Origin: Acidimicrobiia bacterium
Lineage (GTDB): Bacteria; Actinomycetota; Acidimicrobiia; Spongiisociales; ZC4RG35
Assembly (NCBI GenBank): GCA_965203555.1
Contig: CBDBCY010000004.1
Span: 800,001 to 864,000, forward strand
Reading direction: 5' to 3'
DNA length: 64,000 nucleotides
The notes under the pieces: generated by a model
Told to the model about the DNA's origin: nothing
The model's input: only the letters and a program-made list of their open reading frames with translations
Databases searched by the model: none
Program-made: the position numbers and the translations under genes
In this document: in pieces, positions 17,897 to 29,276 of the stretch
How the letters are laid out: each line of letters starts with the position of its first letter
Numbering within the stretch: the stretch's first letter is position 1

Positions 17897-19431
17897 CGGG
17901 CGTAGTCGGTGTAGCGACTCTCCCTGATGACGGTCACCTCGATTTTGCCCGGATATTGCATCTCCTTTTCGACCCTCCGGGCAATCTGTCGAGCCAGAGC
18001 GCCGGCAGTCAGATCGTCCACCCGCCGCGGGTTGACCAGGACCCTCACCTCCCTGCCCGCCTGGAAGGCATAGGCCTTTGCGACACCATCGTAGGAGGCC
18101 GCAATTCTCTCCAGGTTCTCCAGCTTCTGGGTGTATTGCTCGAACGATTCACGCCGCGCCCCGGGCCGAGCGGCCGACAAGGCATCGGCGGCTTGCACCA
18201 ACACCGCCAAAACAGTGCGCGGGGCCACCTCATTGTGGTGAGCCTCTATCCCGTGCACCACCTCGGGATCCTCTCCCAGCCGCCGGGCTATCTCGGCGCC
18301 GACATGGGCATGGGACCCCTCCAACTTGTGGCTGACCGCCTTGCCGATGTCATGCAGGAGAGCGGCCCGCTTGATCGGAACCGGGTCAACTCCCAGTTCG
18401 CTGGCCAGGAGACCGGCGGCGTGGGCGGACTCTATCAAGTGGTCGAGGACATTCTGACCGTAGGAAGTCCGGTAGCGAAGCTGCCCCAGCAGTTCGATCA
18501 GTTCCGGACGCATCTTGCTCAGGTTGACTTCCAGAAGGGCCGCCTCCCCCGCATCCCGGATGGAGTGGGAGACCTCGGATTCGGCTTTTGCCACCGCCTC
18601 CTCTATGGCGGTCGGGTTGAGACGACCGTCGACTATCAACTTCTCCAAAGCCAACCGGGCCACCTCCCGGCGTATCGGATCGTAGCTATTGAGCATCACC
18701 GCTTCGGGAAGCTTGTCGTCGATGATCAAGCTGACTCCGGTAACGGCCTCGAAGGCACGGATATTGCGGCCCTCCCGGCCGATTATCCGGCCCTTCATAT
18801 GCTCGCTCGGCAGATTGATCACCGTGGAGGTGGCATCCTTCACCACTTGGTGAGACAGGCGCTGCACCACTCCCGCCAGTATTCTCCGTGACCGCCACTC
18901 TGCCTCCTCCCGAGATCTTATCTCGATGTCCCGGATCAACATCATCGCATCGCGCCGCGCTTCATGTTCGACTTTTTCCATGATCTGCTTCCGGGCTTCC
19001 GCCCGATCGAGCCCGGCCAGACGAGTCAGATCACTCCAAGCCTGATCCTCCACTTCCTGGGCTTCGACTCTCAGCCTCTTGGCTTCGACCTCTCTCTCTA
19101 TGAGGAGACGTTCCCGCTCCTCCAGGTTGGCCGACTGCTGATCGAGTCTTTCCTCCCGTTGCATGACTCGCCTCGTGCGAGCTTCTATCGACTCCCTCTG
19201 CCGGGACATCGCCTCTTCTTCGACGGCCCTCCTTTCCTCGGAGCGAACCCGGGACTCCTCTTCGGCCCTGGCCAGGATTCGCTGCGCTTCCAAACGAGCT
19301 TCGGCAACCTTGTCCTCCACGTTGGCGGCGCCGCCCACCCGCACCCTGATCAGGGCAATTATCAACCCGACAATCACCACCACCACTGTGACCGCCAAGG
19401 CCACGATCAGAGCAACTTGACTTACAGGCAT
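17893..19431 (-). CDS. rny: Ribonuclease Y
   Basis: N-terminal TM, coiled coil, KH (KGRIIGREGRNI), HD (LLHDIGK). Confidence 0.95.
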   Translation of the reverse strand: MPVSQVALIVALAVTVVVVIVGLIIALIRVRVGGAANVEDKVAEARLEAQRILARAEEESRVRSEERRAVEEEAMSRQRESIEARTRRVMQREERLDQQSANLEERERLLIEREVEAKRLRVEAQEVEDQAWSDLTRLAGLDRAEARKQIMEKVEHEARRDAMMLIRDIEIRSREEAEWRSRRILAGVVQRLSHQVVKDATSTVINLPSEHMKGRIIGREGRNIRAFEAVTGVSLIIDDKLPEAVMLNSYDPIRREVARLALEKLIVDGRLNPTAIEEAVAKAESEVSHSIRDAGEAALLEVNLSKMRPELIELLGQLRYRTSYGQNVLDHLIESAHAAGLLASELGVDPVPIKRAALLHDIGKAVSHKLEGSHAHVGAEIARRLGEDPEVVHGIEAHHNEVAPRTVLAVLVQAADALSAARPGARRESFEQYTQKLENLERIAASYDGVAKAYAFQAGREVRVLVNPRRVDDLTAGALARQIARRVEKEMQYPGKIEVTVIRESRYTDYAR

Positions 19432-19586
19432 TTATCAGACGAGTTTTCAGAGCCCGAGTTATTGGACAGAGAGCCCCCGAAGGGCAACCCCCCGTATCTC
19501 GGCATGCATTGCGAATAGATCTGCCTCCCATTGTAGAGGGCCGTTCCGCCTGCACAGACCAATTAGCGGTGCATGTCGTAATCGGA

Positions 19587-20639
19587 TCAGGAGGCTGCCG
19601 GACTCCCCATCGCATCCAACACGGCCCGGACCTCGCGATCCGACTCCAGGCCCGGGAGAGTGAACCCGACCTTTTCGTAGACCTTGGCCTGCAACTGCAT
19701 GGCGATCTCGGGGTTTTCGCAAAGGAACTGTTTGACGTTTTCCCTGCCCTGTCCAAGCTGGTCATCGCCCAATGAGAACCACGAACCACTCTTTCGCACC
19801 AACCCCATATCCAAGGCGACATCCAAAAGGCTTCCTTCCCGGGAAATGCCCTTTCCGAACATGATGTCGAACTCGGCCTTGCGGAAGGGGGGCGCCATCT
19901 TGTTCTTGACCACCTTCGCTCTGATCCGGTTACCCACTTCCTGGCCACGGTGCTTGATCGAACCGATACGACGGACATCAACCCGCACCGAGGCGAAGAA
20001 CTTGAGCGCTCGACCCCCGGGCGTGGTCTCCGGCGAACCGAACATGACGCCGATTTTCTCTCGTAATTGATTGATAAAGATGGCGGTGGTCCGGGAACGA
20101 TTCAACGTTCCGGCCAGCTTTCGCAGCGCCTGTGACATCAGGCGAGCCTGAAGACCGACATGCTTGTCCCCCATTTCACCCTCGATCTCCGCCCTGGGAA
20201 CCAGCGCCGCCACCGAGTCGATCACCAGCACATCCAAGGCGCCGGATCGGATCAGCATGTCGGCGATCTCCAGAGCCTGCTCCCCGGTGTCGGGCTGTGA
20301 AATCAGCAACTCGTCCACATCCACTCCCAGGACACCGGCATAGGAGGGATCCAGGCAATGTTCGGCGTCGATGAAAGCCGCTATTCCCCCGTTTCGCTGC
20401 GCCTCGGCTACCACATGTAGGGCCAGAGTCGTCTTACCCGAACTTTCGGGGCCGTATATTTCGACCACCCTTCCCCTGGGCATGCCGCCTATCCCCAGTG
20501 CGACGTCCAAGGACAAGGCGCCGGTGGAGATCACCTCAGGCCTTTGCTGGGCCGACTCCCCCATACGCATCACCGCCCCTTTCCCGTACTGTTTGGTGAT
20601 CTGGCCTACCGCCATCTCCAAAGCTTTTTCCCTGTCCAT
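19587..20639 (-). CDS. recA: Recombinase A
   Basis: [28 protein letters not shown]. Confidence 0.98.
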   Translation of the reverse strand: MDREKALEMAVGQITKQYGKGAVMRMGESAQQRPEVISTGALSLDVALGIGGMPRGRVVEIYGPESSGKTTLALHVVAEAQRNGGIAAFIDAEHCLDPSYAGVLGVDVDELLISQPDTGEQALEIADMLIRSGALDVLVIDSVAALVPRAEIEGEMGDKHVGLQARLMSQALRKLAGTLNRSRTTAIFINQLREKIGVMFGSPETTPGGRALKFFASVRVDVRRIGSIKHRGQEVGNRIRAKVVKNKMAPPFRKAEFDIMFGKGISREGSLLDVALDMGLVRKSGSWFSLGDDQLGQGRENVKQFLCENPEIAMQLQAKVYEKVGFTLPGLESDREVRAVLDAMGSPAAS

Positions 20640-20673
20640 AGGTTGTTCCTTTCTAGTGAACGGCTATAGAACA

Positions 20674-20696
20674 AAGCTATAGAACCGCTGTGACAA
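20674..20696 (-). promoter_or_regulatory. RecA-NDp / PafBC-type promoter of recA
   Basis: Minus strand TTGTC-acagcggttcta-TAGCTT = TGTC-N12-TAnnnT. Confidence 0.7.
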
Positions 20697-20771
20697 AACT
20701 ATATAAACGTGCTTCGAATGCGAGAGCTTTTCAAATGGTTCGGACCTGATATTTTCCCAAACAATGATAAA

Positions 20772-20785
20772 CGAACATGTGTTCG
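20772..20785. promoter_or_regulatory. LexA SOS box upstream of recA
   Basis: CGAAC-atgt-GTTCG, a perfect match. Confidence 0.88.
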
Positions 20786-20838
20786 ATATCCAAGTATTAT
20801 GCGCAAACGGTCTGCCGCTTCCCTCAATCGCCCGCTCC

Positions 20839-21399
20839 TCAACCCAGAAAAACCCGCTCCATCACCTCATAGCGAGGAGGTCCTCCGCCCAAATGACTCC
20901 GAAACACCGTCACCTCGCTGACCGTCATCTCCACCTCCGCCGACGGCGCCGAGGCCACCATGGCTCGCAAATCCTGCGGAGGACGGAGCCGGGAGAGGGT
21001 CAGGTGCGCCGAGAAAGGACGCTCCGGCAATCGCAATCCGGCGCCTTTCACCGCTTCTGCCACCCCGGCGGCCAAGGCCGAAAGCGATTCGGCGCCCCTT
21101 GACACCCCCACCCATAACACTGACGCCCTACTGGCGCGTGGGAAGGTTCCCAGCCTTCCGAACCGGCAACGGAAGGCATCTCCCAGCGGCGCCTCGGTGA
21201 GACGGTGCAACATCACTTCAAACCTGTCTGTGGGGGTATCCCCCAGAAACCACAGGGTCATGTGCCAATTCCGGGGAGGTGTGATGCGACCCGGCAGTTT
21301 GGCGCCGCCCGCCATTCTCATCACCCGGCGGCTCAGAATCTGCCGAGCCTCGGACGTGAGATCCACCGCCAGGAAGATCCGGCCTACCGATTCCACCAT
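20839..21399 (-). CDS. thpR: RNA 2',3'-cyclic phosphodiesterase
   Basis: Two HxT motifs (HMTL, HLTL); RIFLAV. Confidence 0.9.
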   Translation of the reverse strand: MVESVGRIFLAVDLTSEARQILSRRVMRMAGGAKLPGRITPPRNWHMTLWFLGDTPTDRFEVMLHRLTEAPLGDAFRCRFGRLGTFPRASRASVLWVGVSRGAESLSALAAGVAEAVKGAGLRLPERPFSAHLTLSRLRPPQDLRAMVASAPSAEVEMTVSEVTVFRSHLGGGPPRYEVMERVFLG

Positions 21400-22637
21400 T
21401 TCCCACTTATGCCGAGGCGCGCCAGATGGAGGGCGGCGGTGGTGGCGTAAGTGCGCACCCTTTCCCGGTCGCCAGGCATCCGGAGTCTGCGGGTGGCCGC
21501 TGCATCGGGGGTGGCCACTCCCACATAAACCACTCCCACCGGTTCTTCGGTCGGCGCCGGTCCGGCGGATCCGGTTATTCCCACTCCCACATCCACCCCC
21601 AAGGCGCGGCAGGCGCCCTCCGCCATCTCCCGGGCCGTGGAGGCGGACACCACCCCGTCGGCCAGCACATCGGCGCCCACCCCCAGCAGTTCTTTCTTGA
21701 GATCGGTTGCGTAACTCACCACCGACCCTCGGAACACCCGAGAGGCGCCCGGGGTGGAGGTGATCCGGGCGGCCACCATACCGGCGGTCATGGACTCGGC
21801 GGTTCCGATAGTCCAGTTCCGCTCTTCCAGCATCTCAAGCAAACGGCGCTCTATGGTCTGATCATCGAAACCGAACACCGCCCACCCCAAGCGCCGGCAA
21901 ACCTCCTGGCTGACAGGTGCGATCATCCTCTCCGCGGTCGCTTCGTCGGCCGCCTTGGCGGTGATTCGGACCTTGATCTCCCCCGAGGAGGCAAGATAGG
22001 CCAGACTGGGATTCTCCGAGCCATGGTACAGGTCCTCCAACAATTCGGCGGTTCGCGACTCCGACCTTCCCCAGGTCCTGACCACCCTGCTGACCAGCGT
22101 CTCCGAGACTCCCGATGCTTGTCTGAGCCGGGGAATCACCTCACCGGTGACCAGTCCCACCATCTCCATGGGCACCCCGGGCACAGCAAAAATCCACTTG
22201 CCGTGGTGAGAGAGAGCCAGACCGGGAGCGGTTCCCTTCGGGTTGTGGATCAGTTCCGCGCCCTGCGGATACTCTGCCTGACGCAGGTTGCTGACCGGCA
22301 TCTCCCACCCCCTTTCTGCGAACCGTGCCCTCAGGATCTCCGCCCACTCATCGCTGTACCGCATGGGTCGCCCCGTCACTGCGCAAATCGCCTCCCGGGT
22401 GATATCATCAGGAGTCGGCCCGATTCCCCCCGTGATGATCACCGCATCGGCCCTTGTCAACGCCGCGGCGATCGCCGCCTCCATTCTCTGCGGATTGTCA
22501 CCCACGGTCACCTGGTAATGGGCGTCGTGTCCCTCCGCGGCCAGGATCTCTCCGATGGTGGCCGCGTTGCCATTGACGATCTGTCCCAAAAGCAATTCGG
22601 TTCCCACCGTTATCACTTCCACGATCATCGGCGGCAC
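21384..22637 (-). CDS. cinA: Competence/damage-inducible protein CinA (NMN deamidase fusion)
   Basis: GTELLLGQ, GGIGPTPDD, AESMTAG, GITGSAGP. Confidence 0.93.
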   Translation of the reverse strand: MPPMIVEVITVGTELLLGQIVNGNAATIGEILAAEGHDAHYQVTVGDNPQRMEAAIAAALTRADAVIITGGIGPTPDDITREAICAVTGRPMRYSDEWAEILRARFAERGWEMPVSNLRQAEYPQGAELIHNPKGTAPGLALSHHGKWIFAVPGVPMEMVGLVTGEVIPRLRQASGVSETLVSRVVRTWGRSESRTAELLEDLYHGSENPSLAYLASSGEIKVRITAKAADEATAERMIAPVSQEVCRRLGWAVFGFDDQTIERRLLEMLEERNWTIGTAESMTAGMVAARITSTPGASRVFRGSVVSYATDLKKELLGVGADVLADGVVSASTAREMAEGACRALGVDVGVGITGSAGPAPTEEPVGVVYVGVATPDAAATRRLRMPGDRERVRTYATTAALHLARLGISGKWWNR

Positions 22638-23539
22638 CCCTCCCGGACGGCGCCGGGAAGCGGGACTGGGTGAGGATTGCCCCGAAGGCCCAAGTGTGTC
22701 CGGTATCCGGCCGCCCGGGCGGCGTCCACCACTTCAGCTCTTCCCCAGGCCACCTCACCGACTCGGTGACCGTCACTGGCCAGGGTGACCGGTATTCCCG
22801 CCTGTCGGAACATCTGCAGGAAAGCGGGAGACGGATAGACCTCTCGGGCCGGGTTGCGCAAGCCCTGGCTGGAAATCTCCACCGCCCAGCCTCGGGCGGC
22901 AGCCGCCTCCACCACCTTCCGATAGAGGTGGAGAGGCTCTCGGGCAGGCCGGTACCCGTATTTCTTGCACAGATCGACATGGGCCACCACATCGGCAATC
23001 CCCGATCCGATCATCTCGACCACCAACTCCAAATACTGTTCCCAGGACTCCTCAACCCCTCTTCGCTCGAACTCCCCGGCGCATTCGGAAGTGTCGATCG
23101 CCCAACTGCCCACCCAGTGGACCGCTCCGAGAAGAAAGTCCCAGGGATAGGGCGACAGCAACTCGGCGACGGCTTCCTCGGTCCCCGGTATGAAATCCAC
23201 CTCCAGCCCCAGCAGCACCGGCATCCCCTGCTCCTTGGCGGCCAGTACGGCCTCCACATATTGCTCGATCCGAAAGACCCGGTCAAGTTCCACCATCCGG
23301 GCTGTAAAGTCGGCAAGCCCGGCGGGGGCTGCGGCGGTCGGGTCGGATTCCCAGAACCGGCCCAGGACCGGTTCGGACTCCTTGAATCGATAAAGATGCT
23401 CGGTGAATCCCAACTCCGACACACCCCGAGCCGCTCCCGCCTCGCAGTACCGGTCTATCCGCTGCAGAGGAAAACCATCGGGAATCGGATCCGAGGCATT
23501 TTGACGATGGGGATAGAGGTGCAAGTGATAATCAGACAT
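22625..23539 (-). CDS. PHP-family histidinol-phosphatase (HisJ/HisK-like)
   Basis: DYHLH, GFTEH, GLEVD, GAVH, AHVD, ASDGH. Confidence 0.8.
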   Translation of the reverse strand: MSDYHLHLYPHRQNASDPIPDGFPLQRIDRYCEAGAARGVSELGFTEHLYRFKESEPVLGRFWESDPTAAAPAGLADFTARMVELDRVFRIEQYVEAVLAAKEQGMPVLLGLEVDFIPGTEEAVAELLSPYPWDFLLGAVHWVGSWAIDTSECAGEFERRGVEESWEQYLELVVEMIGSGIADVVAHVDLCKKYGYRPAREPLHLYRKVVEAAAARGWAVEISSQGLRNPAREVYPSPAFLQMFRQAGIPVTLASDGHRVGEVAWGRAEVVDAARAAGYRTHLGLRGNPHPVPLPGAVREGCRR

Positions 23540-23565
23540 GAGCGACCACCCGCGGAGCAAGCGCC

Positions 23566-23847
23566 CTAATGTCGGACTGCCTCCACCAATGCCTGTAGCG
23601 GACCGGGTCCCACCGCATCAGCCAGATGGCTCCACACCCCGTCGGGGATCGGCTCATCCCGCTCCAACATTCCGGCGGCCAGGTCCACCGCATCGGCCAA
23701 ACCAACATAGATCCCGGTCTGATCCCTGTCCAAAGCGGTGGAAACCGCCATTCGGGCAGAGACGGGATCGCCCCTTCCCAGCGCTTCGATAGCCCGCTCC
23801 GCAGCAGTCAGCGCCTGGCGCTGCAGCCGTCCGGGGTTTCGCATCAC
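23566..23847 (-). CDS. Hypothetical protein
   Basis: 93-aa helical ORF overlapping the stop of the upstream gene. Confidence 0.6.
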   Translation of the reverse strand: MMRNPGRLQRQALTAAERAIEALGRGDPVSARMAVSTALDRDQTGIYVGLADAVDLAAGMLERDEPIPDGVWSHLADAVGPGPLQALVEAVRH

Positions 23848-24908
23848 ACTTCCCGGAACAGGTACGGTCGCAACACGTCCATGCGCCGCTCGATCTCGTC
23901 GGGATACAGATACCAGAGCATGGCGGCCACGGTGGACAGCAGGGGGTTGCCGTCCTGGGGAGTGAATGCAAAGCCCACTACCTGCACCCCGTCCCGGACG
24001 GTCAAGGTCGGCGCCGCCACCACCGCGTGAGAAAGAATCCTGCCATAGTATCCGTGGTCCCTGCCGAAAGAGAACACCTGGTTCGCCGAACTGCGGTAGG
24101 TCACCGCCACCCGGGAGTTGGCGTGGAAGCGATCCATTACTTCTTCCCTGGTGATCTCCCTGTCCAAAGTGATGGAGAAATGCAGGGTGTGCATGTATTG
24201 CGTGTTGAGTTTTATCGCCGATGAATGCAGGCGCAGATCATGTCCGAGGGTGGAGAACAGCTTGTGCGCGTCACGGGCGTGGTGAGTGCCGAACCTGCCA
24301 TCCCTGTGGGCGTCCACGGTGGGACTGGCCACGAATCTGCGATCCTGGCTGATGTCGTTGGCCCTGCGGATGCACAGGAACTCGCCGTTGTCGAGGTGGG
24401 AACGGCCATCGGGGTCCATGGCCAGACTTTGGATCATGGCCGAGATGTTGTGGGTGTTGCAGGAGACGATGTGGAGGTACCGGTCCCGTTCGGGGTTCAA
24501 GACGGCGTCGTTGATCCCCCGGGCATACATCTTTCCAAACCCGAATTCCGACCCTTGTGCCAGAAACCCGCGGGGGCCTGACAGGGACTCGTAGAACTCG
24601 GTTTTGTTCTGGTTGCCGGCCGGGGTGCAGTCGATCACCACCGAAGCCCGTTCCAAGGCTTCCAGCTTCTCATATTTGGGACTGTGACCCAGAGCCTGGA
24701 ACTCGAGGCGACGGTCTTCATCCACGGCCAGCATGGCGCCTCTGCGGACCAGATCATCAACCTTGCCGCGTTCGGCCAGCATGGGGGTCCGCTTGTGGAA
24801 GGTCACTTCATCCAGACCAAAAGCTTCCCGATTGTCCGCCAACAAACCGATCAGGGGCTCGCCGATCGTGCCGGTGCCCACTACATGGGCGATCATGCTC
24901 TCTGCCAA
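23844..24908 (-). CDS. Type II (archaeal-like) glyceraldehyde-3-phosphate dehydrogenase-like protein
   Basis: GTGTIG Rossmann loop, [15 protein letters not shown] catalytic Cys, RRAND, THHARD, YMHTLH. Confidence 0.65.
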   Translation of the reverse strand: MAESMIAHVVGTGTIGEPLIGLLADNREAFGLDEVTFHKRTPMLAERGKVDDLVRRGAMLAVDEDRRLEFQALGHSPKYEKLEALERASVVIDCTPAGNQNKTEFYESLSGPRGFLAQGSEFGFGKMYARGINDAVLNPERDRYLHIVSCNTHNISAMIQSLAMDPDGRSHLDNGEFLCIRRANDISQDRRFVASPTVDAHRDGRFGTHHARDAHKLFSTLGHDLRLHSSAIKLNTQYMHTLHFSITLDREITREEVMDRFHANSRVAVTYRSSANQVFSFGRDHGYYGRILSHAVVAAPTLTVRDGVQVVGFAFTPQDGNPLLSTVAAMLWYLYPDEIERRMDVLRPYLFREV

Positions 24909-25047
24909 GAATCTCTCCTCGAAGCGCCGTCATGTCAAGGGTAACCCGTCAGTTCTGCTTTCCCCGGAGGAAAACCTCGACCCGCCGGTTCACGTCCGAA
25001 GTCGACCGTTCCACTATCCTTCGGTATCGCCTCACCCACCGGAGTAC

Positions 25048-26463
25048 ATGACCGCCCCCCAGACCCTTTTCGAAAAAGTGTGGAACCGCCATTTGGTGAG
25101 GGAGACCGAAGGCGAGCCGGCCCTGCTTTACATCGACCTGCACCTGGTGCATGAGGTCACCTCTCCACAGGCTTTCGACGGTCTCCGCTTGGCCGGTCGG
25201 TCGGTGAGAAGGCCGGATTTGACACTGGCCACCATCGATCACGGGGTGCCCACCACCGGTCGCGCTCTGGGAATCCGAGACCCTCTCTCAAAAAAGCAGA
25301 TCGACGCCCTGGTCGCCAATTGCGCCGAATTCGGTATCACGCTGTATGGATTGGAGGATCCCCGCCAGGGCATAGTGCACGTGATCGGTCCCGAACAGGG
25401 CGTAACCCAGCCGGGAATGACCATCGTATGTGGAGACTCCCATACGTCCACCCATGGCGCCTTCGGAGCGCTGGCTTTCGGGATCGGGACTTCCGAAGTG
25501 GAACATGTCCTCGCCACCCAGAGTCTCCCCCAGCCCCGACCGCGTTCGATGGCCATCACCATCGAGGGAGACCTTCCGGTCGGCGTGACCGCCAAGGACA
25601 TAATCCTGGGGATCATCGCCAGGATCGGAACGGCAGGCGGCCAGGGTCATGTCGTCGAGTACCGGGGATCGGCCATAGAGGGACTCTCCATGGAGGGACG
25701 GATGACCGTGTGCAACATGTCCATCGAGGCCGGCGCCCGGGCCGGGATGATCGCCCCCGACGACGTCACCTTCTCCTACCTGCAGGGGCGTCCCCACGCC
25801 CCTCGCGGAGCACTCTGGGAGAGGGCACTGGAGGAGTGGAGATCGCTGCCGACCGATCCGGGCGCGGAGTTCGACACCGAGGTGAGGATCGAGGCGGCGG
25901 ACCTGCGACCTTATGTCTCCTGGGGCACCAACCCCGGACAGACCTCGGCGGTCACCGATCAAATCCCCTCTCCCGACGACTTTGAAGACCCGCTGGAACG
26001 GGACTCCACTATGAGGGCCCTTGCCTACATGGACCTGCAACCCGGCACCCCCATTACCGAGATCACCATCGACCGGGTCTTTTTGGGATCCTGCACGAAC
26101 GCCCGCATCGAGGATCTCCGCACCGCCGCCGCCATTGTCTCCGGCAACAGGGTTCATCCCAATGTCTCCGCCATGGTCGTTCCGGGGTCAGGACTGGTCA
26201 AGCAACAAGCCGAGACCGAGGGTCTGGACCTCATCTTCAGGGACGCCGGATTCGAGTGGCGCGACGCCGGGTGCTCAATGTGCCTGGGTATGAATCCCGA
26301 TATCCTGATGCCGGGCGAACGCTGCGCCTCGACCTCCAATCGCAATTTCGAAGGCCGCCAGGGACAGGGTGGGCGGACCCACCTGGTCTCTCCGGCTATG
26401 GCCGCGGCGGCAGCGGTGTCGGGCAGGTTCGTCGACATCCGGGAGTGGGAGACCGGCGGATGA
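25048..26463 (+). CDS. leuC: 3-isopropylmalate dehydratase large subunit
   Basis: [40 protein letters not shown]. Confidence 0.97.
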   Translation: MTAPQTLFEKVWNRHLVRETEGEPALLYIDLHLVHEVTSPQAFDGLRLAGRSVRRPDLTLATIDHGVPTTGRALGIRDPLSKKQIDALVANCAEFGITLYGLEDPRQGIVHVIGPEQGVTQPGMTIVCGDSHTSTHGAFGALAFGIGTSEVEHVLATQSLPQPRPRSMAITIEGDLPVGVTAKDIILGIIARIGTAGGQGHVVEYRGSAIEGLSMEGRMTVCNMSIEAGARAGMIAPDDVTFSYLQGRPHAPRGALWERALEEWRSLPTDPGAEFDTEVRIEAADLRPYVSWGTNPGQTSAVTDQIPSPDDFEDPLERDSTMRALAYMDLQPGTPITEITIDRVFLGSCTNARIEDLRTAAAIVSGNRVHPNVSAMVVPGSGLVKQQAETEGLDLIFRDAGFEWRDAGCSMCLGMNPDILMPGERCASTSNRNFEGRQGQGGRTHLVSPAMAAAAAVSGRFVDIREWETGG

Positions 26464-27065
26464 AATCTGTTTCCGTAATAACCGGCGCCATGCTTCCCCT
26501 GCCACGCGCCAACGTGGACACCGATCAAATCATGCCCAAGCAATTCCTCAAGCGGGTGGAACGGACCGGATACGGACAGTACCTGTTCTGGGACTGGAAG
26601 CGGACTCCCGGTGGGGATCCGGATCCGCAGTTTCCCCTCAATCAGCCCCAGTACGCCAAAGCGAAAGTCCTGGTGGCCGGACCCAACTTCGGCTGCGGAT
26701 CCTCGCGGGAACACGCTCCCTGGGGATTGCAGGACTGGGGCTTCGAGGCAGTGATCGCTCCGTCCCTGGCCGACATTTTCCGCACCAATTGCACCAAGAT
26801 CGGACTGTTGCCCATTCAGCTACCGTCCCCGGAGATTGAGACTTTGACTACCCTCGCCCAACGCCACCCCGACAGCCTGGTCACCATCGACCTGGAGGAT
26901 CAGACAGTCGAGGCGCCCGGCGTCTCCGCCCACTTCGACATGGATCCCTTTACCAAGTGGCGAATGCTCAACGGCTATGACGACATCGGACTCACTCTCC
27001 GCCACACCGCCGACATTGACGCATTCGAGCGCAGCCGGCCCTCCCACCTGCCCTCACTCCGGTAA
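26460..27065 (+). CDS. leuD: 3-isopropylmalate dehydratase small subunit
   Basis: [18 protein letters not shown]; ATGA overlap with leuC. Confidence 0.97.
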   Translation: MKSVSVITGAMLPLPRANVDTDQIMPKQFLKRVERTGYGQYLFWDWKRTPGGDPDPQFPLNQPQYAKAKVLVAGPNFGCGSSREHAPWGLQDWGFEAVIAPSLADIFRTNCTKIGLLPIQLPSPEIETLTTLAQRHPDSLVTIDLEDQTVEAPGVSAHFDMDPFTKWRMLNGYDDIGLTLRHTADIDAFERSRPSHLPSLR

Positions 27066-27069
27066 GGCC

Positions 27070-27630
27070 GTGGAAGAGCTGCGCAAGAGAATCCTGGAGG
27101 CCGGGAGGGTCGAGTCCCAGTTGGTGATCGTGGACAGTTTCCTCAATCACCGCACCGACCCCGAGCTGATGACCAAGGTGGGGTATTGGTTGGCTGAACG
27201 ACTGGGAGACTTCGATGTGGCGGTCACCGCCGAAGCATCCGGGATTCCGGCGGCTTTTGCCACCGCCCGGGCGGCGGGAAAGCATTTCATCTATGCCAAG
27301 AAACAAAACCGTCGGCTCGATCCGCAATTGCACCTGATCCGGCAGATCAGTTCCCCCACCAAGGGTGGTACGACCTGGATCACCATTCGCAAGGAACTGC
27401 TGGGACAGGGAAAGAACGTGGTGATTGTGGACGATTTTCTTTCCCGGGGACGTACCGCCGAGGCTCTCGGTTCCATGATCGAAGAGTCCGGAAACCGGTT
27501 GAAGGGGTTCGGCTTCGTAATAGAGAAGACCTTCACCGGCGGGCGGTCCCTGCTTGAAGAGAATGGATGGAAGGTCGAGTCGGCCGCCATCATCGATTCG
27601 ATCGAGGACAACCGGATCATCGTTCGGTGA
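27070..27630 (+). CDS. xpt: Xanthine phosphoribosyltransferase
   Basis: VDSFLNH, TAEASGI, IVDDFL. Confidence 0.85.
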   Translation: MEELRKRILEAGRVESQLVIVDSFLNHRTDPELMTKVGYWLAERLGDFDVAVTAEASGIPAAFATARAAGKHFIYAKKQNRRLDPQLHLIRQISSPTKGGTTWITIRKELLGQGKNVVIVDDFLSRGRTAEALGSMIEESGNRLKGFGFVIEKTFTGGRSLLEENGWKVESAAIIDSIEDNRIIVR

Positions 27631-27693
27631 TTGCCGATAGAAACTGAAAAGCACTAGCCTCAACTTCACGTACTCATTGCAAGGGAGCCCTCA

Positions 27694-28080
27694 ATGGCAG
27701 TGAAATTCCTAAGCCCTGAATGGCTGGCAGAAGTAACCACCGCCCTGGAAAACCACCAAGGTTTCCAAGACGCGGCCCGAGGCATAGAAATGGGTATCCA
27801 GTTCAATGTGCTGGACGCACCCTTCGGTGACACCGGTTATCACCTGGTGATCACCCCGCAGGCTGTCACCATCGCCCTCGGCCTCCGTGAAGATCTCGAT
27901 ATCACCATCAACCAGAACTACGAGACCGCCACGGCCATCATGAGGGGAGACCTCAATGTTCAGGCGGCGTTTATCACCGGCAAGATCAAGGTGTCGGGCA
28001 ATCTGGCCAAACTCATGGTCCATCGGGCCGGAGTGGAGCAGTGGCTGGAGGCAGTGAGCCATATAGAGGTCGACTACTAG
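27694..28080 (+). CDS. SCP2 sterol-binding domain protein
   Basis: FLSPEW..AFITGKIKVSGNLAKLM. Confidence 0.85.
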   Translation: MAVKFLSPEWLAEVTTALENHQGFQDAARGIEMGIQFNVLDAPFGDTGYHLVITPQAVTIALGLREDLDITINQNYETATAIMRGDLNVQAAFITGKIKVSGNLAKLMVHRAGVEQWLEAVSHIEVDY

Positions 28081-28131
28081 AGGACTCCGACCCTGTCCTG
28101 CTGATCTTTCTCCCGGCTATCACCGGGTTGC

Positions 28132-29118
28132 TCAGACCATCCCCATTTCGACGACGGTGTCACGCTCTTTCACCAGTTCCGCGATCGACCGGTCGATCCT
28201 CTCCCGCGAAAAGTCGCCGTGCTCCAGTCCTTGCACGATCTCCCACTTTCCGTCCCGGGTCCGGCAGGGAAAGGAAGCGCACAATCCCTCGGGTACCCCG
28301 TAGGACCCGTCGGAGATCACCGCCATGCTCACCCAGTCATCGGCCGCAGTCCCCAACACCCAGTCGTGGATGTGGCCGACCGCCGCGTTGGCGGCCGAGG
28401 CAGCCGATGACTTGCCCCGGGCCTTGATGATGGCAGTGCCCCGTCCGGCCACCGTTGGGATAAAATTGTTCTCCACCCAGTCGTGATTTCCCACTACCTC
28501 GTAGGCGTTGCGGCCGCCTATTTCGGCGTGAAAGAGATCGGGATACTGCGTGGCGGAGTGATTCCCCCACACACTCATTTTCTTCACCATGCTGAAAGGT
28601 TGGCCTACCCGGTTGGCCACTTTGGCGATCGCCCGGTTGTGGTCGAGGCGAGTCATAGCGGTGATCTGGGCAGGGTCGATGTTCTTGGCGTTGGCGGCAG
28701 TGATGAAAGCGTTGGTGTTGGCCGGGTTACCGACCACCAGCACCTTCACATCGGGATCGGCGGCTTCCGATATCGCACGCCCCTGCTGAGAGAAGATCCG
28801 GCCGTTGGCCTCCAACAGATCGGCCCTTTGCATGTGCGCCATTCGCGGCATGGCGCCCACCAGCAACGCCACATCGGTGTCTGCGAAAGCCTGCTCTACG
28901 TCGGTGGTCAGCACCATGCCCTTCAGCAGGGGAAAAGCGCAGTCCTCCAACTCCATCGCCACGCCCTCCAAGGCCGGAAATCCGGGCACGATCTCCAGAA
29001 GCTGCAAGATCACCGGCTGGTCCGGTCCCAGCATCTCGCCGGCGGCTATCCGGAACAACAAGCTGTACCCGATCTGGCCGGCGGCGCCCGTTACGGTTAC
29101 CCGTTGCGGTCGACTCAT
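28132..29118 (-). CDS. mdh: Malate dehydrogenase
   Basis: [32 protein letters not shown]. Confidence 0.96.
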   Translation of the reverse strand: MSRPQRVTVTGAAGQIGYSLLFRIAAGEMLGPDQPVILQLLEIVPGFPALEGVAMELEDCAFPLLKGMVLTTDVEQAFADTDVALLVGAMPRMAHMQRADLLEANGRIFSQQGRAISEAADPDVKVLVVGNPANTNAFITAANAKNIDPAQITAMTRLDHNRAIAKVANRVGQPFSMVKKMSVWGNHSATQYPDLFHAEIGGRNAYEVVGNHDWVENNFIPTVAGRGTAIIKARGKSSAASAANAAVGHIHDWVLGTAADDWVSMAVISDGSYGVPEGLCASFPCRTRDGKWEIVQGLEHGDFSRERIDRSIAELVKERDTVVEMGMV

Positions 29119-29276
29119 GAATCAATTCCCTTCTCGATAACCGGCTGACTGCCAGCACCAATGCTAAATGAAATCCGGCCGGGTAATCAATCCGCGGTGG
29201 GTTTTGATAGGCGAGGTCAAGTGGCCGGTTTCAATGGTGTGCTGTCTCTATCCTCGTCATTTCCGCGAGCGCGCTT

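Noticed and set aside
21426-22673. Long opposite-strand ORFs (e.g. 21426..22673, 38669..40120, 42942..43973, 58093..59250)
   Set aside because: These are shadow ORFs antisense to well-supported genes, common in high-GC DNA, and carry no motifs.
24909-25047. Leucine attenuator upstream of leuC
   Set aside because: No Leu-rich leader peptide or terminator is visible.
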